A stretch of 64,000 nucleotides of DNA from Escherichia coli O157:H7 (lineage in GTDB: Bacteria > Pseudomonadota > Gammaproteobacteria > Enterobacterales > Enterobacteriaceae): assembly GCF_013167455.1 (NCBI RefSeq), contig NZ_CP038328.1; one strand, written 5' to 3'. The translations under genes were made by a program, and so were the position numbers. Under the pieces are notes generated by a model that saw nothing but the letters and a program-made list of their open reading frames with translations, searched no databases and was not told where the DNA came from. Shown one piece after another: positions 35,112 to 49,683 of this stretch (positions are counted from its first letter, which is position 1; each line of letters opens with the position of its first letter).

Positions 35112-38026
35112 TATGCAAGCCTCACAATGTAGTTAAATGCGATGTTTTTGACAGTGTTTTCCGCGTTACCCGCAGCGTTAACGGTGATGGTGTGTCCATG
35201 TGAGCCAATCGCAACAGAGTGCGTATGAGCACCAATACCGACAGTATGTGCGTGAGCACCTGCAGATGCAGCTGTGCCGCTGACACTATGAGTGTGCGCT
35301 CCTGCAGCACTTGTATTCACACTGGCCGCAGACACTACCTTATGTACTGACCCATTTTGTGACCACTGGCTGACTGCTGATGCGCCTGTGACACTATGAG
35401 TATGGTTTCCGGCACTTGCGGCTGTACCGCTCACACTGTGCGTGTGCGCCCCGGTGTTATTCGTGGATTTAGTGCCGTAATCAAACGACGATGTGGTTTT
35501 CGTCCCCAAATCCGTACTGGATGCGCTGGCGCTGTGGGTGTGCGATTTAATGCCGTCCTGTTCCTGAGACAATACGGCCCGACCACTGGCAGGTTTGCCC
35601 TTAATCGTCCAGCCACGCATATCAGGGATCACGCCTGACGGATAAGCGGCTGCAAGTTTCGGGTATGCAGATTTGTCAAAAGTCTGCCCCTGCATCAGGG
35701 CATAGCCAGACGGAACGGTATCTGATGGCCACGGGATTGGTGCGCCAGGCGGATAAAACTGCTCTGATGGCGTATAGAGTGAATAAACTGTACCGTCCGT
35801 TAACCCTTCCGGCTTATTAGCAGAATATGCTGGTGACGTATGAATCGTCACGCTGGCATTACTGGTATAATCCCATTGAATATTTACACCAGTCGCATAA
35901 TTTCCGATTGCAACGTAAATATCGTAAGTATCACCAGATGTATTGACCCAGGCAAAATTTGTAAACCCTGTCGATGTGCGCTGCCATAAAGCACCAGTAA
36001 TCCCCTTCGGATTACCATTACCTGCACGCAAAACAAGTTCAGATATACCTGCCTGTTGAGGTGACCCCACGTTAAATCCCGCGCCACCAATCAACGTAAT
36101 TGAAACAACAGAACTCGCCTGTGGCATGGTTACCGTTGCTAATTTGAACCAACCAGCACCACCGCTGAATGACATTGTTGTTGAGTTAAGCGTACCAATA
36201 TCTTTCGGCGTCAGTGTTATATCCGATGAAAGCGCCTTACCATTCACCTTACGGGCAGAAGGTACCCGACCATTCGCATTATCATTAGCTGCTTTCACTG
36301 CTTTCGGTGTCGCGGCAAGCGTTTCAGATGCGCTGTTGGTTGCACTACTGAGCTGGACAATTCCTTTTTGTGCTGTCGTAGCGTCCTGAGCAGTATATTT
36401 CCCGTTAGCAAGGTCATAGGCTGCCTTTACCGACTTTGGCGTTGCCGCCAGCATTTCAGATGTGCTGTTGGTCGCGTTGCTAAGCTGAACTATCCCTTTC
36501 TGTGCTGTCGTTGCATCCTGTGCGGTGTATTTCCCGTTAGCCAGCTCATACGCGGCCTTAACGGCTTTTGGCGTTGCCGCCAGTGACTCGGAAGTGCTGT
36601 TAGTCGCACTGCTGAGCTGTACTATCCCCTTTTTCGTCGTGCTCGCATCCTCAAGCGCCACGGCGGATGCAATATCCTCTGCCCGTTTTGCCGCTGTCTC
36701 AGCGCGCGTTGCTGCAGATTCCGCCGTACTTTTGCTCTGAGCTGCTGCCGTCGCACTACCAGCTGCCTCTGTCGCCTTCGTGGATGCCGTCGTGGCGCTG
36801 CTCTTCGCTGCTGACGCTTGTCTGGTCGCCTCATCTTTTGAAGCAGACGCAGATGATGCCGATGACGCCGCCGAACTGGCTGACGATGCGGCAGCCGTTT
36901 TTGAGGATTCTGCGCTGGTTTCCGACGCTTTCGCGTTCGTTTCGGATGTCTTCGCTGCGGAAGCAGAACTCGCTGCTGCGCTGGCCTGTTCAGTGGCTTC
37001 GCCAGCCTTCGTTGTGGCTGTTGAAGCAGACGATGCGGCACTTTCTGCCGATTTTCCGGCGGCGGTGGCACTGGCTGAGGCCTGCCCGGCACTTGTTGAC
37101 GCGGCACTGGCAGATAATGCAGCCGCTGTTTTTGAGCCTGCTGCTGCGGAGGCACTCTGTTCTGCTGCCGTTTCAGAGGACTTAGCGTTTGTCTCAGACG
37201 TTTTGGCCGCCTTCGCGGAATTGCCTGCCGCCGTTGCCGAGGAGGCTGCACTACTGGCGCTCGAGGCTGCGCTCGTTTCTGATGATTTTGCCGCCTCTTT
37301 TGAAGCCGACGCATCCCTGGCTGAGGAGGCAGCTTCTGACGCTTTCGTGGTCGCGGTGGATGCAGAAGTGGCGGCTGATTGTTGTGACACTGCCGCATTC
37401 GTTTCTGACGTTTTCGCCGCACCGGCACTGGTAGCCGCCGCGCTTTTTGAGGACTCTGCAGCGGCAGCACTTTTTGATGCTTCAGTAGCCTTTGTTGATG
37501 CCGTTCCTGCGCTGGAAGACGCTGACTGAGCCGACGACGCGGCCTGTCCGGCTGACGTGCTGGCTGCGCGTGCTGAGTCCGCAGCATCAGTCGCATGGGT
37601 TGCCGCCTCACGGGCTGATGTGCTGGCATCGCTGGCTGACTTCTTCGCGGCTGCCGTGTTCTGTGCCACCGCGGACGCGTTACGCGCCACCTCTTCCACC
37701 ATCAGCTCAAAACGGCGCAGTGCCTCCGGACGGACATCATCCTCAGTCATGGCACCAAGAAAATCATTCAGCGTACCGGGTTGAGAATCTTCATACACGG
37801 TGATGGTCCCGGCATGTGACGGCGGGAACCCTTCCACCAACAGAATAACGCTGTACTGACCGTACTCAACGTCCATGCTGTAACGACCGGCTTCATCCGG
37901 ATTTTCAGAGGCCACCGTGTTCACCACCACCGTGGCGCTGTTACGTCTGGCTTTCAGTTGAATGGTGCAGTTCTCTACCGGTTTTCCTGTGCCGTCTTTC
38001 AGTACACCTGAAATCTTTACTGCCAT
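35111..38026 (-). CDS. stf: Side tail fiber protein (lambda Stf family)
   Basis: ORF-track protein contains [38 protein letters not shown]... (lambda Stf N-terminus); Ala/Ser/Thr-rich low-complexity region; ~44-aa tandem repeats; HTHS-repeat C-terminus. Confidence 0.9.
36220..36650 (-). repeat. About three tandem copies of a ~132-bp (44-codon) repeat inside stf
   Basis: Protein repeats ...[44 protein letters not shown]... x3; visible as near-identical DNA blocks. Confidence 0.8.
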
Positions 38027-38090
38027 ATTCACCCCACAAAAAAGCCCGCCTGAACCGGCGGGCTGTCATAACACTGTGTTACCTGGCTAA

Positions 38091-38690
38091 TCAGAACTTA
38101 TAACCGACACCCACGATGAAACCGTCAGTGCGCCAGTCGCCACTGCCGGAGCCTTCATAAGCAATATCAATGGCCACGGATTCGGTCGGGTTAAACTGCA
38201 CGCCAGCCCCCCACGCCAGAGACGTGTTGCTGTGGCGACCGTCATCACTTCCGGTCAGCACATCGTGCGTTTTCCCCTTGTTGTCAGTTACGCGAAGATA
38301 ATCCCCGGAGAAAGTCGACACACGGCTGTAAGCCACACCCGCCATCGCATACGCGCTGAACCATTCATTCACGCGCACAGACGGCCCCGCCATTACGCTG
38401 AACCAGCGGTTACGAACGGAATCTTCATGCCAGCGGGTATCGCTGTAACGGGTAAGCTGGCGATTCTTGTCTCCTGCATAGCTGAATGACGTCACCAGCC
38501 CCAGCGTATCCGTAAACTCATAACGGTATTTCACGTTAATCCCGTTCAGATCATCACTGCCGGGAACGTTGGTCCGGGCATGAAGATACCCCGCGCTCAG
38601 CGTGGACTGATGTTCAGATGCCCATGCAGGCGCACCGGATACGGCCAGACAAATGGCTGCGGACAAAATGGCGGCATAAAGTTTACGCAT
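38091..38690 (-). CDS. lom: Lom/Ail-family outer membrane beta-barrel protein
   Basis: 199 aa with signal peptide and C-terminal ...GVGYKF; lambda lom position after J. Confidence 0.9.
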   Translation of the reverse strand: MRKLYAAILSAAICLAVSGAPAWASEHQSTLSAGYLHARTNVPGSDDLNGINVKYRYEFTDTLGLVTSFSYAGDKNRQLTRYSDTRWHEDSVRNRWFSVMAGPSVRVNEWFSAYAMAGVAYSRVSTFSGDYLRVTDNKGKTHDVLTGSDDGRHSNTSLAWGAGVQFNPTESVAIDIAYEGSGSGDWRTDGFIVGVGYKF

Positions 38691-38756
38691 AATTACCTCT
38701 CGCTTTTCTGCAATAAAAAAGGCGTCATTTCTGACGCCCGTTCTGGGTTATAAAAT

Positions 38757-42158
<3,402 letters not shown>

Positions 42159-42215
42159 TCATGCTCCATAAACGATAAAACCGCCCGGAGGCGGTTTCAC
42201 ATAAAACATTTTGCA

Positions 42216-42887
42216 TCAGCGACCAATCACCACAACCTGACCACCGTCCCCTTCGTCTGCCGTGCTGATCTCTTGAGAAACCACGCGTGACCCCACGCGC
42301 ATTTCACCGTACAGAACCGGCAGAACATTGCCCTGGGCAACCATGTTATCCAGTGAGGAGAAATAGGTGTTCTGTTTGCCGTTATCCGTTGTCTGTGTAC
42401 GGGGAGTTCTGGCTTTCGGTGCCAGCATCTGCGCCACACCACCGAGCACCATACTGGCACCGAGAGAAAACAGGATGCCGGTCATACCACCGGCCCCAAT
42501 GGCTGCCCCCCATGCTGCAAGGGTGGCTCCGGCGGTAAAGAATGATCCGGCAATGGCGGCAGCCCCCAGGACAATCTGGAATACGCCACCTGACTTGGCC
42601 CCGGCGACTCTGGGAACAATATGAATCACAGCGCCATCAGGCAGAGTCTCATGTAACTGCGCCGTTAACCCGGACGTGCTGACGTCCCGCCCGGTAATCC
42701 GTACCTGATACCAGCCGTCGCTCAGCTTCTGACGAAACACCGGGAGCTGTGTGGCCAGTGCGCGGATGGCTTCAGCCCCCGTTTTCACACGAAGGTCGAT
42801 GCGGCGGCCAAATCGTTGCAAATCCCCGTAAAGGCAGATGCGCGCCATGCCCGGTGACGCCAGAGGGAGTGTGTGCGTCGCTGCCAT
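42216..42887 (-). CDS. I: Tail assembly protein I
   Basis: 223 aa MAATHTLPLASPGMARICLYGDLQRFGRRIDLRV... Confidence 0.9.
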   Translation of the reverse strand: MAATHTLPLASPGMARICLYGDLQRFGRRIDLRVKTGAEAIRALATQLPVFRQKLSDGWYQVRITGRDVSTSGLTAQLHETLPDGAVIHIVPRVAGAKSGGVFQIVLGAAAIAGSFFTAGATLAAWGAAIGAGGMTGILFSLGASMVLGGVAQMLAPKARTPRTQTTDNGKQNTYFSSLDNMVAQGNVLPVLYGEMRVGSRVVSQEISTADEGDGGQVVVIGR

Positions 42888-43528
42888 TTGTCGGTATACC
42901 TCTCTCGTTTGCTCAGTTGTTCAGGAATATGGTGCAGCAGCTCGCCATCACCACAGTAAATGGCGGCATGATTCGGCACCGATGAACCAAAACAGCACAG
43001 CAGCACATCGCCCGGTTGTGCTGATGACAACGGCACCTGATACAGCCCTGTGGCCTCCAGATTATCCAGATAGAGATTCTGACCGTGACGCCACCAGTCA
43101 TCCTCGCGATGAAAATCCGGCATCTCAATCCCCGCCAGATGATAAGCATCCCGGAACAGCGTGTAACAGTCCGTCACCCCGTGCTCAAAGCGCCGCCCGG
43201 TGAGATGCGGCACACAGCGGAACTTATGAATCGTCCCCCGGCAGACCAGCCACCACGGCAAATCACTCTGCACCTGCAGCCGCCGGTCGGCCTCACTCAG
43301 CCAGGGCAGACCACCGGGGTGGCTGTGGACCAGCGCCACAATCTCACCCTGCATTTCTGCCTGCAGCCAGTCTTCCGGCGACATACGGAAATACGCCTCC
43401 GGCTCACCGGAGATATTCACGCAGGGGAAATATCTTTCCCCCTCCGGCGTGCTTACCACGAAGCCGCACGACTCCGCTGGCGCACATCGCCGGGCGTGCG
43501 CCAGAATCGCTGATTCTGTCTGTGTCAT
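42785..43528 (-). CDS. K: Tail assembly protein K (NlpC/P60 plus JAB/MPN-like); true start may be internal
   Basis: MTQTESAILAHARRCAPAESCGFVV...HSHPGG (JAMM-like) and Cys-His peptidase segment; overlaps I. Confidence 0.85.
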   Translation of the reverse strand: MTQTESAILAHARRCAPAESCGFVVSTPEGERYFPCVNISGEPEAYFRMSPEDWLQAEMQGEIVALVHSHPGGLPWLSEADRRLQVQSDLPWWLVCRGTIHKFRCVPHLTGRRFEHGVTDCYTLFRDAYHLAGIEMPDFHREDDWWRHGQNLYLDNLEATGLYQVPLSSAQPGDVLLCCFGSSVPNHAAIYCGDGELLHHIPEQLSKRERYTDKWQRRTHSLWRHRAWRASAFTGICNDLAAASTFV

Positions 43529-43533
43529 GGGAT

Positions 43534-44232
43534 TTACTGCGAAAGTTTGTTAATGGAAAGGAAGCCGCCAAAGTTGCCGACGTTATTGCGGAACTTACAA
43601 CCGCTCAGGCATTTGCTGCATTTATCCTTCGTGATATCGGACGTTGGCTGGTCATATTCATCCGCGACCGCCGGACCGTGATAACCGCACTCATCGCCGC
43701 GATAGGTCCAGGTGCAGGTGTTGGCCAGCATGATACGTCCCGGAAAAACAGCGCCGTCCGTTTCCGTCGGCGTGGACAGTACAAAAGAGGCACTCACCGC
43801 GCTCAGTTCGCTGCACTGCTCAATGCGCCAGCGGCTGATCACCTCCTGCTCCGGATCGGCGTCACTGTTTCCGTTGACGAAGTTCACCGCATCCAGAAAA
43901 CGGGCGTAAACCTTACGCCGGACCACCGTTCCGCCGACCAGACTCTGCAGATCTTCCGCCATCCCGGTGACCATACCGTACAGGTTAGAAACCGTCAGCG
44001 TGGGGCGCGTACTGGTGCCTTTGCCATTCAGTTCAAAACCACTCCCCTGAATGGGATACGGCTGATACTGTCGCCCCTGCCAGGTGACCGGCTCACCTTT
44101 TTCGTTCTGCTCATTACAGAAAAAATAACGTTCTCCACCGACCTCTGTCAGATCGATTTCCCAGAGCACCACGCTGGCCGACTGCTCCGCACGGGTGCAT
44201 TCATTCAGTGTTTCCTGCCGGATATCCTGCAT
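43534..44232 (-). CDS. L: Tail tip assembly protein L
   Basis: 232 aa MQDIRQETLNECTRAEQSASVVLWEIDLTEVGGERYFF... Confidence 0.93.
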   Translation of the reverse strand: MQDIRQETLNECTRAEQSASVVLWEIDLTEVGGERYFFCNEQNEKGEPVTWQGRQYQPYPIQGSGFELNGKGTSTRPTLTVSNLYGMVTGMAEDLQSLVGGTVVRRKVYARFLDAVNFVNGNSDADPEQEVISRWRIEQCSELSAVSASFVLSTPTETDGAVFPGRIMLANTCTWTYRGDECGYHGPAVADEYDQPTSDITKDKCSKCLSGCKFRNNVGNFGGFLSINKLSQ

Positions 44233-44561
44233 CAGTTCACCACCTGTTCAAACTCTGCGCTGAACTCAACACGCAGCATACTGACCCGCGACGACCATTT
44301 TGCGCAGGTCACCTTTATCTGCCGCCACTCATAAGGCGGCGTCCACAGAAAGGCCTTCCAGCCCCCGAGCTCAGCCAGAAACGACTCAAGCGCCGTGGCC
44401 TCCCAACGGGGAACAGAAAGCGTCACGCTGTACGTTTTCAGGTCGGCATTCAGCCCGGCAGGCGCTCGCTGGGAATAGCCATCACCAAAGCGCACCTTTC
44501 TTACGGAAGGGGCCGAAGCCACATCCATACCGGGTTTCACTTTCCAGCGGAAGGTTTTCAT
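44232..44561 (-). CDS. M: Tail tip protein M
   Basis: 109 aa MKTFRWKVKPGMDVASAPSVRKVRFGDGYSQRA... Confidence 0.93.
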   Translation of the reverse strand: MKTFRWKVKPGMDVASAPSVRKVRFGDGYSQRAPAGLNADLKTYSVTLSVPRWEATALESFLAELGGWKAFLWTPPYEWRQIKVTCAKWSSRVSMLRVEFSAEFEQVVN

Positions 44562-47107
44562 CGTCCACCTCCGGAGAACAGACCACCATCGCGCATCTGC
44601 CCGGTCACAACATCCATTGCCGCCTTACGGGCTACGTCATAAACCGCCTTCAGTGCCTGTGGCCCTATCTGACCGTTCGTGCCGTCGTTGTTAATCACCA
44701 CATGGTTATTCTGCTCAAACGTCCCGGACGCCTGCGACCGGCTGTCCGCCATGCTGCCCGGTGTACCGACATAACCGCCGGTGGCATAGCCGCGCATCAG
44801 CCGGTAAAGATTTCCTACGCCAATCCGGCTGGTTGCCTCCTTCGTGAAGACAAATTCACCACGGTGAACAATCCCCGCTGGCTCATATTTGCCGCCGGTT
44901 CCCGTAAACCCTCCGGCCGCAAAATGGAATTTCGCCGCAGCTGCCTGAATGGCTGTACCGCCTGACGCTGATGCGCCGCCGCCAATGGCGCTGCCTATAC
45001 TTCCGACAATCCCCACCATTGCCTGCTTAAGCAGAATTTCTGTCATCATGGACAGCACGGAACGGGTGAAGCTGCGCCAGTTCTGTTCACTGCCGGTCAG
45101 CATCGCCGCCATATTCTGTGCAATACCATCAAAGGTCTGCGTGGCAGCACTTTTAACCTGCGACATACTGTCCGTGGCGCTCTCTTCCCACTCACTCCAG
45201 CCTGACCTGAGGCCTGCCATCCAGCTCCCGCGAAGCTGGTCTTCAGCTGCCCAGGTCTTTTTCTGCTCTGACATGACGTTATTCAGCGCCAGAGGATTAT
45301 CGCCATACTGTTCCTTCAGGCGCTGTTCCGTGGCTTCCCGCGCTGCCTGCCGGTCAGTCAGCCCCCGGTTTTTTGCATCAATGGCGGCCCGTTTTGCCCG
45401 TTGTTGCTGTGCGAATTTATCCGCCTGCTGTGCCAGCGCGTTCAGGTGCTCCTGATAGGTGACCTTGTCGCCAAGTACAGCCAGCTGGCGTTTGTACTCC
45501 AGCGTCTCGTCTTTATGCGCCAGCAGGGATTTCTCCTGTGCGGACAGCTGGCGACGTTGTGCCGCCTCCTCCAGTACCGCGAACTGACTTTCTGCCTTCC
45601 ACAAATCCCGGCGCTGCTGGCTGATTTTCTCATTCGCTCCGGCATGCTTCTCCAGCATCCGGAGTTCTGCCTGAAGCGTCAGCAGGGCAGCATGAGCACT
45701 GTCTTCCTGACGATCGCCCGCAGACACCTTCACGCCGGACTGTTTCGGCTTTTTCAGCGTCGCTTCATAGTCCTTTTTCGCCGCCGCCATCAGCGTGTTG
45801 TAATCTGCCTGCAGGATTTTCCCGTCTTTCAGTGCCTTATTCAGTTCTTCCTGACGGGCGGTATATTTCTCCAGCGGCGTCTGCAGGCGTTCGTAAGCCT
45901 TCTGCGCCTCTTCGGTATATTTCAGCCGTGACGCTTCGGTATCGCTCTGTTGCTGCGCATTTTTGTCCTGTTGACTCTGCTGCTCAGCCTTCTTTCGGGC
46001 GGCTTCAAGCGCAAGACGGGCCTTTTCACGATCATCCCAGTAACGCGCCCGCGCTTCATCGTTAACAAAATAATCATCCTTGCGCAGATTCCAGATATCG
46101 TCCGCTTTCTTAAACGCGGCCTCTGCCTTAATCAGCATCTCCTGCGCGGTATCAGGACGACCAATATCCAGCACCGCATCCCACATGGATTTGAATGCCC
46201 GTGCTGTCCTGTCTGCCCAGGTTTCCAGCGTGCCCATGTTCTCTTTCAGGCGGCGGGTCTGGTCATCAAACCCTTTCGTCGCGGCCTCGTTCGCCGCCTG
46301 CAATGCCCCGGCTTCTTCGCCGGAACGCTGCAACTGAGCAACATACGCAATCTGCTCCGCCGTCACGTTATGGAACTGGCGCGCCATCGCTGTCAGCCCC
46401 GACGTCGGGTCAGTGGTCAGCTTCCCGAAGGCTTCAGCGACCTTGTCCACCTCCACGCCTGATGCAGAGGAGAAACGCGCCACACTCTGGCTGATGGACG
46501 CAATCTGAGCCTCACCGCTTACCCCCGCCTTAACCAGTGCGCTGAGTGACTCGCTGGTCTGGTTAAACGTCAGCCCTGCCGCCTGCCCGGCTCTGGACAG
46601 GACCAGCATACGATCTGCCGTCAGCCCGGCCTGATTGCCGGAAAGGACCAGCGTTTTGTTGAAATCGGACAGGGTTGAGTTGCCCTGATACCAGGCATAC
46701 GCCAGCGCACCGGTCGCCACCGCCAGCGAGGTGGCCCCCACCATCGGCAGGGTGATCGCACCGGCAAGCCCCCGGAACATGGGGATCATCCCGCCGAAGG
46801 AGTCCTTCACCTGCCCCCCCTGTTGCAGCAGGATCAGCCACGGACTTTGCCCACCTGCAAGCTGCGTGGCCACGTCAGTGAACTGCGCAGGCAGCATACG
46901 CATGGCGGCTTTATACTGCCCGACGGAAATTCCCGCTTTCTGTGCAGCCAGCGCCTGCCGGCTCATCGACTGTTCAACGACTGCCGCTGTTTTTTTCGCA
47001 TCACTTTCCGTACCGGAAAAATGACGCCTGACTCTGGCCATCTGCTCGTCAAATCTGGCCGCATCCAGACTTAAATCAACGACCAGATCGCCTACCGGTT
47101 CAGCCAT
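44558..47107 (-). CDS. H: Tail tape measure protein H
   Basis: 849 aa, coiled-coil rich with Gly-rich C-terminus; between T and M. Confidence 0.93.
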   Translation of the reverse strand: MAEPVGDLVVDLSLDAARFDEQMARVRRHFSGTESDAKKTAAVVEQSMSRQALAAQKAGISVGQYKAAMRMLPAQFTDVATQLAGGQSPWLILLQQGGQVKDSFGGMIPMFRGLAGAITLPMVGATSLAVATGALAYAWYQGNSTLSDFNKTLVLSGNQAGLTADRMLVLSRAGQAAGLTFNQTSESLSALVKAGVSGEAQIASISQSVARFSSASGVEVDKVAEAFGKLTTDPTSGLTAMARQFHNVTAEQIAYVAQLQRSGEEAGALQAANEAATKGFDDQTRRLKENMGTLETWADRTARAFKSMWDAVLDIGRPDTAQEMLIKAEAAFKKADDIWNLRKDDYFVNDEARARYWDDREKARLALEAARKKAEQQSQQDKNAQQQSDTEASRLKYTEEAQKAYERLQTPLEKYTARQEELNKALKDGKILQADYNTLMAAAKKDYEATLKKPKQSGVKVSAGDRQEDSAHAALLTLQAELRMLEKHAGANEKISQQRRDLWKAESQFAVLEEAAQRRQLSAQEKSLLAHKDETLEYKRQLAVLGDKVTYQEHLNALAQQADKFAQQQRAKRAAIDAKNRGLTDRQAAREATEQRLKEQYGDNPLALNNVMSEQKKTWAAEDQLRGSWMAGLRSGWSEWEESATDSMSQVKSAATQTFDGIAQNMAAMLTGSEQNWRSFTRSVLSMMTEILLKQAMVGIVGSIGSAIGGGASASGGTAIQAAAAKFHFAAGGFTGTGGKYEPAGIVHRGEFVFTKEATSRIGVGNLYRLMRGYATGGYVGTPGSMADSRSQASGTFEQNNHVVINNDGTNGQIGPQALKAVYDVARKAAMDVVTGQMRDGGLFSGGGR

Positions 47108-47534
47108 ACCGGACTCCTCCTGCGATCCCTTCTGATACTGTCATCAGCATTACGTCATCCTCCGTCATGTCCGCCACATCCGGGGAAGCGGGGATAACTT
47201 CATTCCCGTCCGGGCCAAAACGAACGCCTCCAGCAAGCCCTGCCGCTTTCTGCATCAGCACATCATCTTCAGGCTCTTCGTCAGCCTCACGCCGGTTCAG
47301 CAGACTGAAATCCAGCGGATGCATATCCGGATCGCTGAAAAACAGGCTGAGCACGGTGTACGTCAGCCCGGAAAAGTGCATATCCAGCAGAACATCATGA
47401 AAATAATGGGTACTGTAAAAGCGGTGCCAGTCGGCATACTCCGTGGATGACATCCCGGCAAGCATGGCACGCCAGTCGGGTCGCCCCATCTCGCGCGCCA
47501 GTTTCAGGGCAAAACTCAGCTCACCGTCGAACAC
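47100..47534 (-). CDS. T: T reading frame of tail assembly chaperone, expressed as a G-T fusion by -1 frameshift
   Basis: ORF-track frame (V)FDGELSFALKLAREMGRPDWRAMLAGMSSTEYADWHRFY...; entered from G via the slippery site. Confidence 0.85.
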   Translation of the reverse strand: MFDGELSFALKLAREMGRPDWRAMLAGMSSTEYADWHRFYSTHYFHDVLLDMHFSGLTYTVLSLFFSDPDMHPLDFSLLNRREADEEPEDDVLMQKAAGLAGGVRFGPDGNEVIPASPDVADMTEDDVMLMTVSEGIAGGVRYG

Positions 47535-47938
47535 TTTCCCGCAGAAACAGGCTCTGCAGGCCCGGCGTCCTCTGCCTGTTCAGGGGCATCATTCACCACA
47601 AACTCATACATACCGGACAGCCGGTACACCACGTTTTCAGCATGAGAAATTGCCTCCGCGGGCCAGGTGGTAAGCACTTCCTGCTCAATCTGTTTAACGG
47701 CTTCATTCATGGACGGCATCTGCGTCTTCTTCGGATGGTTATGCCACAGGGACATCGCCACCACAAAAGCGCCGGTTCTGATGGCGTCTTCCACAGTAAA
47801 CTTCCGGTTGCTGTCTGACTCCGCCTGTTCTGCCTGCCGTTTCATCAGGGCGAGATGCTCAATACGCTGCAGGGCTGACAGTTCAGAAAGCGTGACGGTC
47901 ACGCCGTTATGTTCAAATGATTCGGTTTTCAGGAACAT
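47516..47938 (-). CDS. G: Tail assembly chaperone G
   Basis: 140 aa MFLKTESFEHNGVTVTLSELSALQRIEHLALMKRQ... Confidence 0.93.
   Translation of the reverse strand: MFLKTESFEHNGVTVTLSELSALQRIEHLALMKRQAEQAESDSNRKFTVEDAIRTGAFVVAMSLWHNHPKKTQMPSMNEAVKQIEQEVLTTWPAEAISHAENVVYRLSGMYEFVVNDAPEQAEDAGPAEPVSAGKCSTVS
47534..47540 (-). other. Programmed -1 ribosomal frameshift slippery heptamer G-GGA-AAG for G-T fusion
   Basis: Minus strand reads GCG GGA AAG TGT in the G frame; the -1 frame continues as the T ORF. Confidence 0.8.
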
Positions 47939-47953
47939 CGCTGATTCTCCGGA

Positions 47954-48724
47954 TTAACTGGCGGTGACGTTGATTTCTGCAACCGCAGCAAACTCACCAT
48001 TACCGGATACGACCGGAATGTTGACCTTGCCTGCAGCAACACCTTTCACGGTGATGGTCATACCACTGACCGACACGGTGGCTTTTGTTTTATCCGCAGA
48101 CACCGCACGGAAGCTCTTGTCGGTTGCGCCTTCCGGCTGGAATGCCACGGTCAGCGTCGTGCTCTGCCCTTTCACCACCGAGGTGCTGGCAGGCGTCACG
48201 GTCATGCCGGTTGCCGCTGTTACCGTGCTGCGATCTTCTGCCATCGACGGACGTCCCACGTTGGTGACTTTCACCGTGCGGGTGATCACTTCCTTCGCCG
48301 TCACCGCCTTACCGATACTGCTGACCCAGCCGCGGAACACATCGACCGTGCCGTTCGGGAAGCGGATTTTATAGGCACGGGTATCACCTTCATTAAACCA
48401 CGCCAGCAGCGCCTGCTGCCCCTGCTCTCCGGGCATCCACGCCAGCGTGAAGCTGGTATCTCCAGCGGATTTCTGCCCCTGTCCGGTCGCGGCCCAGTCC
48501 GCATCTTCATCATCGAGATAACTGTCGTCATAGGACTCAGCGGTCAGTTCGCCGGGCGTCAGGTCTTTAACCTTTGCCAGACGCGACCAGTCATTGTCTG
48601 AAAGCGGGTTTGCATATGGGTCGCCGTTCCCGTTATAAACCCACAGTGTGGTCCCGGCCCCTTTCACCGGTGCCAGAGGATTTGGTGTTGGCATATCGTC
48701 CTCACATTTCATAGGTAATGACAT
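47954..48724 (-). CDS. V: Major tail protein V (with C-terminal Ig-like domain)
   Basis: 256 aa [32 protein letters not shown]... Confidence 0.93.
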   Translation of the reverse strand: MSLPMKCEDDMPTPNPLAPVKGAGTTLWVYNGNGDPYANPLSDNDWSRLAKVKDLTPGELTAESYDDSYLDDEDADWAATGQGQKSAGDTSFTLAWMPGEQGQQALLAWFNEGDTRAYKIRFPNGTVDVFRGWVSSIGKAVTAKEVITRTVKVTNVGRPSMAEDRSTVTAATGMTVTPASTSVVKGQSTTLTVAFQPEGATDKSFRAVSADKTKATVSVSGMTITVKGVAAGKVNIPVVSGNGEFAAVAEINVTAS

Positions 48725-49097
48725 AAGTCAGATCGGCTGAACTCCACAGGCCCGCATCATCGTCGCGCCGGTAGTCATAGCCACTGGCCACCATACTGGT
48801 GATCAAATCTGATAGTGCCGGGATATCGCTCATCACCGGATAAATCCGGGACTCCATCCACGCATCCAGCTCTGAATCCGGCACCTGAGCAGGCAGGAAA
48901 ACTTCGATATGCAGCTCCGCCTGCCAGGTATCGCTGTCCAGCTCTTCGCCCGTGTATTCAGCGCCGGTGAGATAAACGGCAACTGCCGGAAAATCCGCCT
49001 CATCAAAAACAGCGGGGCGACCATCAAAAAACGTCGCCCCGGTGTCATGCTTCTCCAGTGCATCCAGTACGGCTGCACGGAGTTCAGTATGTTTCAT
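48702..49097 (-). CDS. U: Tail terminator protein U
   Basis: 131 aa [43 protein letters not shown]... Confidence 0.93.
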   Translation of the reverse strand: MKHTELRAAVLDALEKHDTGATFFDGRPAVFDEADFPAVAVYLTGAEYTGEELDSDTWQAELHIEVFLPAQVPDSELDAWMESRIYPVMSDIPALSDLITSMVASGYDYRRDDDAGLWSSADLTYVITYEM

Positions 49098-49672
49098 CGC
49101 TTTATTACCATTCTCAGTTGATGCTGCAGCGCATAGCCCAGCTCTTTCGGAAGACGTTCACGCCGTATCCGCTCAATATTCTGTTTAAACGCCGTGGTCA
49201 GCGGCACCGCCATCGGGATTTTCACCACATCAATGGGGTAACGGTTTTTCCCGGCCACACGCTGCATGACATGCCACCGGCCATTTTTCAGTTGCTGAAT
49301 AAACGCGCCGGGAATACGACGGTTTCCCACCACAAGCACGCTGCCGCCACCTTTCAGGGATGAACGCTGCCCCTTTTTACGACGCCTGCGTCGGGACAGG
49401 ACAACCCGCGCGTTACCCAGCTTGATTACGGGCAAATCCCCCCGGTTAACCTTGATTCTGGCCTGCGGATTTTTAACCGTGGCCCTTTTCAGCCTGGCCC
49501 TTTCCTTTACCAGTTTCCGGCGTACTCTTGTCTCACGGGCAACCTGTGACGCCGACTGCGATATCGCGGATGAAGCAACGCGGTTAATGGCCATTGCTGA
49601 CGCACCAGGCACCGCCGTTTTGCTGATACGACTGAGGTTTTCAACGGCCTGCTCAAGACCTTTTATGGCCAT
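49094..49672 (-). CDS. Z: Tail completion protein Z
   Basis: 192 aa, lambda gene order. Confidence 0.9.
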   Translation of the reverse strand: MAIKGLEQAVENLSRISKTAVPGASAMAINRVASSAISQSASQVARETRVRRKLVKERARLKRATVKNPQARIKVNRGDLPVIKLGNARVVLSRRRRRKKGQRSSLKGGGSVLVVGNRRIPGAFIQQLKNGRWHVMQRVAGKNRYPIDVVKIPMAVPLTTAFKQNIERIRRERLPKELGYALQHQLRMVIKR

Positions 49673-49683
49673 ACATCCCCCCT

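Noticed and set aside
36622-37629. Long Arg/Pro-rich and Ala/Asp-rich ORFs (335 aa minus strand; 172-249 aa plus strand) overlapping stf
   Set aside because: Alternative-frame and antisense readings of the repetitive Ala/Ser/Thr-rich stf sequence; extreme composition, no start context, fully inside a well-supported gene.
43522-47074. Several 80-270-aa plus-strand ORFs antisense to L, M and H
   Set aside because: All are embedded in well-supported lambda tail genes on the minus strand; treated as frame artefacts.
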